From Cenococcum geophilum (lineage: Eukaryota), in assembly GCA_050273025.1 (NCBI GenBank), contig CP158636.1, forward strand, positions 12,090,001 through 12,154,000: 64,000 nt of DNA. Reading direction: 5' to 3'. The notes under the pieces are model-generated. The model was not told the DNA's origin. It did no database searches and saw only the letters and a program-made list of their open reading frames with translations. Position numbers and translations under genes: made by a program. How positions within the stretch are numbered: the stretch's first letter is position 1; the number at the start of each line of letters is the position of its first letter. Shown here piece by piece: positions 61,293-64,000 of this stretch.

Positions 61293-64000
61293 TATTAGGA
61301 ATATAGGCAAGTTGCCGTTATATGCGGCAAGTTGCCGTCACGTGTCGCCGCGGCACTAATGTGGCGAGAAGCCTTAAGCTCCTTGCCCCCCCTGATCAAC
61401 AAAGAACAATAATTATTATACTATCTACGAACCGTAGCTACGTAATATCCCCTTATATAACCAACACTGATTAGTAGTTAACTTCACTATTATACTATAG
61501 AGCAGCTAGGTATTCCACTAAGAAGAGATGAGCCACTATACTAGTGCTACTCGTGCTAGAAGAAGCTATTTTTTAAGGTTAGAACTGGTCCTAAACCTTA
61601 AATAGAACTCTTTTATAAATCTAAGGATCTAAAAGGCTAGAACTAGTCCTAAGCCTTTCTAAGATTATAGATTCTTGCGTCTATTACGCAGAATAACACG
61701 CTTTATAAGTCTTTATAATTTAAGGCCAGATCTAGTCTTAAACCCTATAATTATAAATATACGTCCGAACGCGTACTAAATAATAAATATATATCACGAA
61801 CGCGTACCAAACAATAATCCCTATACTAATAACACTTCCCTCCCTCCGAAAACATAGCTACGCCTACTTTAAATAACTAGAAAGACTTCTTACTACTAGG
61901 GGTAGCTAAGTACGCAAAACTTATTAATAAAGACTAGGATAAATTCGCCTTTAATATAATAACTTATACCGCAAAACAAGTTAACAGCTTTCTCTTATAC
62001 TATATTATATTCTACTAAAATAGATACTACGCCGACTTATAACTATAGGAGTATTTTAGGGAGAATTTTATAGAATGGACTGCTAATACCTAGGCACTTA
62101 GCAATATTAATATTGTTTAGGATTTTTAAGACTTTCTCTATAGGAATAGGGTATATATTACTAAAAACAGTAACCTAATTACTAGTAATATTTAGGCCGT
62201 TATTGCTAGTATAGAAGAACTAATATAAACGGAAGTTAAGATTATACGTTAACTATAGAAACCTAAAAACAACCTATATTCTTTAGAAGGCAACTTTAAT
62301 TTATATTAAAACCCCTAAAACGCTAACCCCCTACTTAAAGCTGCTCTCCTACCTAGAGGTGCTTTCCTACTTAGAGTTATTCCGCCTTTACCTCCTCTAC
62401 TCTAGCTAACTGGTGAGCCTTTATTATAAGAAGTTATAAATCTAATAAAGGTATATTTAGATAAAGAGAAGAAGTTTAGAGGAAAACTATATAATATACT
62501 TAAAGTAAAACTATAGGTCTTTTATAACTATTATAATAAGGTTAAAATTTAACGCTACCAGTACTATTACGCTTTCTCTATTATATTAAAAAAACGGGCG
62601 GTAATATTCTATTATAAGTATATTACAGGTAAAAACTATAACTTTAATATAATGCTTTAGCTTACTAAAGCCCACTTTAAGACTAATAAGAATTGCTAAC
62701 TTTATATATCTAAATAGCAGGAGACTATATTCTAAAGAGTTATTGCTTCTAACCTAATAAAGACTTATTTAGAGTGCCTTTAACTACTCTTTAATAAACT
62801 TTAGAAAATCTAACGTGGCTTTACTAAAACTTACTAAAATAAGAACAGTCTAAGGGACTAGGTTATCTTAGCCTGCCGTAGCGTTTCTAAGTGCAATTTA
62901 GCGCTATATAAACCTGTGGATATGTTTAAAGGAGTATATACCAAACTACGCTCTACTATAGGTACTATAATACGAATATAAGAATCTTAATAGTTTTATA
63001 CTAAAAGCCCTACCTAACTAAGCGTTCCTAACTAATATAATTATAACTAGACTAACTAAATATATAGTGGCTATAGTAGGGAATATAGTAAAGGGTATAA
63101 TTAATGTTAACTATAAGGTAATTATAGAGGTTCTTATAAAGGTTTATTTTAAAGTAATTACTAAAAGAAGTGCTATATTTATAAGAAGCTAAATTACTAG
63201 TTAACTAGACACTCCCTTAATAAGCGAAAAGAGGTATATAATAAGTTCCGTTAAAGTATAAGAAATATTAGAAATTATAAGGTTACTACGGCCTACTTTT
63301 AAAGCTTCCTAGTTTAATATAAAGGCGTAAAAGATTTTAAGGGTAAGGTTAATAAGACCGATTAGCTCCTTATAGATATAGAAATTAAGGACTACTTACC
63401 TAACCAATACTTTACTAAGTATAGTAAGGTAAATAGTATATAAACCGTCGCTATTCTTAATAACTAATCTACGCTCCATTCTATTATAAAGTTAGATATC
63501 TTTAATAAGCTAAAGAAGAGCTCCGCGTTTTCCTTTAACGATAAATACTTAGTAAATATCTTTTATGGTATTATACCGAATACTAGAGCTATAGGAGTAT
63601 CTATAGTAGGAGAACCTTAAGTTTAAGCCCTTTAGTAGCTTAATAGCTCTATTTAGATTAACTATTTAACGGTAGGCCAATATACAATTTATTTTGGCAA
63701 GGGTACTATAATCTCTTTTAGTATAATTAGGGTCCAAACCCCCTTAGGGTGCATTACTTTCCATATTATTCCTATAAATACCCTATTTCTATTTTACATT
63801 AAAAATATAGACAAATTAGGCGTTAAGCTTAATAACCTTAAGAATATACTTATTTAGGGAGATAATTAGGTGCCTGTTGTGCGTAAGTAGGGTCACCCCT
63901 AGTTACTCCTTTATTAACTAGAAAAAAGTGTTACTTAGAGCCACTTAACTAAGTTAGAATTACGCTAACTATACCGTCGTTTTAGCTACCTATCCGTTTA
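61293..64000 (+). mobile_element. GalEa-like Copia element D (same family as A): 5' LTR 61293-61466, gag and protease; runs off the window
   Basis: Collinear reverse complement of 26713-29409. The LTR is ~20 bp shorter than in A, and CTGATTAGT follows it at 61467-61475. Confidence 0.93.
61467..61475 (+). promoter_or_regulatory. Palindromic CTGAT(C)AGT site replacing the PBS (also at 29206-29214, 35558-35566 and 53896-53904 on -)
   Basis: CTGATTAGT or CTAATTAGT lies directly 3' of the 5' LTR in all four elements. The central CpA is a RIP target, which gives ACTGATCAGT with the last base of the LTR. Confidence 0.8.

Noticed and set aside
1..64000. Calling the region a centromere or naming the species
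   Set aside because: AT-rich RIPped nests also occur in non-centromeric regions, and the sequence alone cannot decide either point.

Overview
This window is an AT-rich, gene-free block of nested transposons from a filamentous ascomycete. It is heavily mutated by Repeat-Induced Point mutation (RIP): TpA is in excess, CpA/TpG is depleted, and Gln/Trp codons have become stops. I found no intact host gene; the ORF-track entries are fragments of decayed elements or antisense noise. From left to right it holds: (1) the 3' half of a canonical Copia element; (2) a ~12 kb AcademH-like DNA transposon with a DUF6589-type transposase facing a RecQ-like helicase, carrying two tandem paralogues of a spliced six-cysteine/coiled-coil gene and dense in CGGATA motifs; (3) a Tad1-like LINE cut into five pieces by LTR-element insertions; (4) four GalEa-like Copia elements from three families, with CTGAT(C)AGT in place of a PBS; (5) three full-length chromodomain Gypsy elements from two families plus the 5' end of a third family, all with self-priming signatures; (6) four solo LTRs; (7) a foldback/MITE-like palindrome. 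Most insertions have readable TSDs. The most interesting signals are an intron-containing antisense six-Cys/coiled-coil gene inside a Gypsy element, the same architecture as cargo in the Academ element, and a 99-nt structured module shared by two unrelated Copia families. Protein readings marked 'de-RIP' are my manual reconstructions, not database results. Boundaries without a TSD are approximate.
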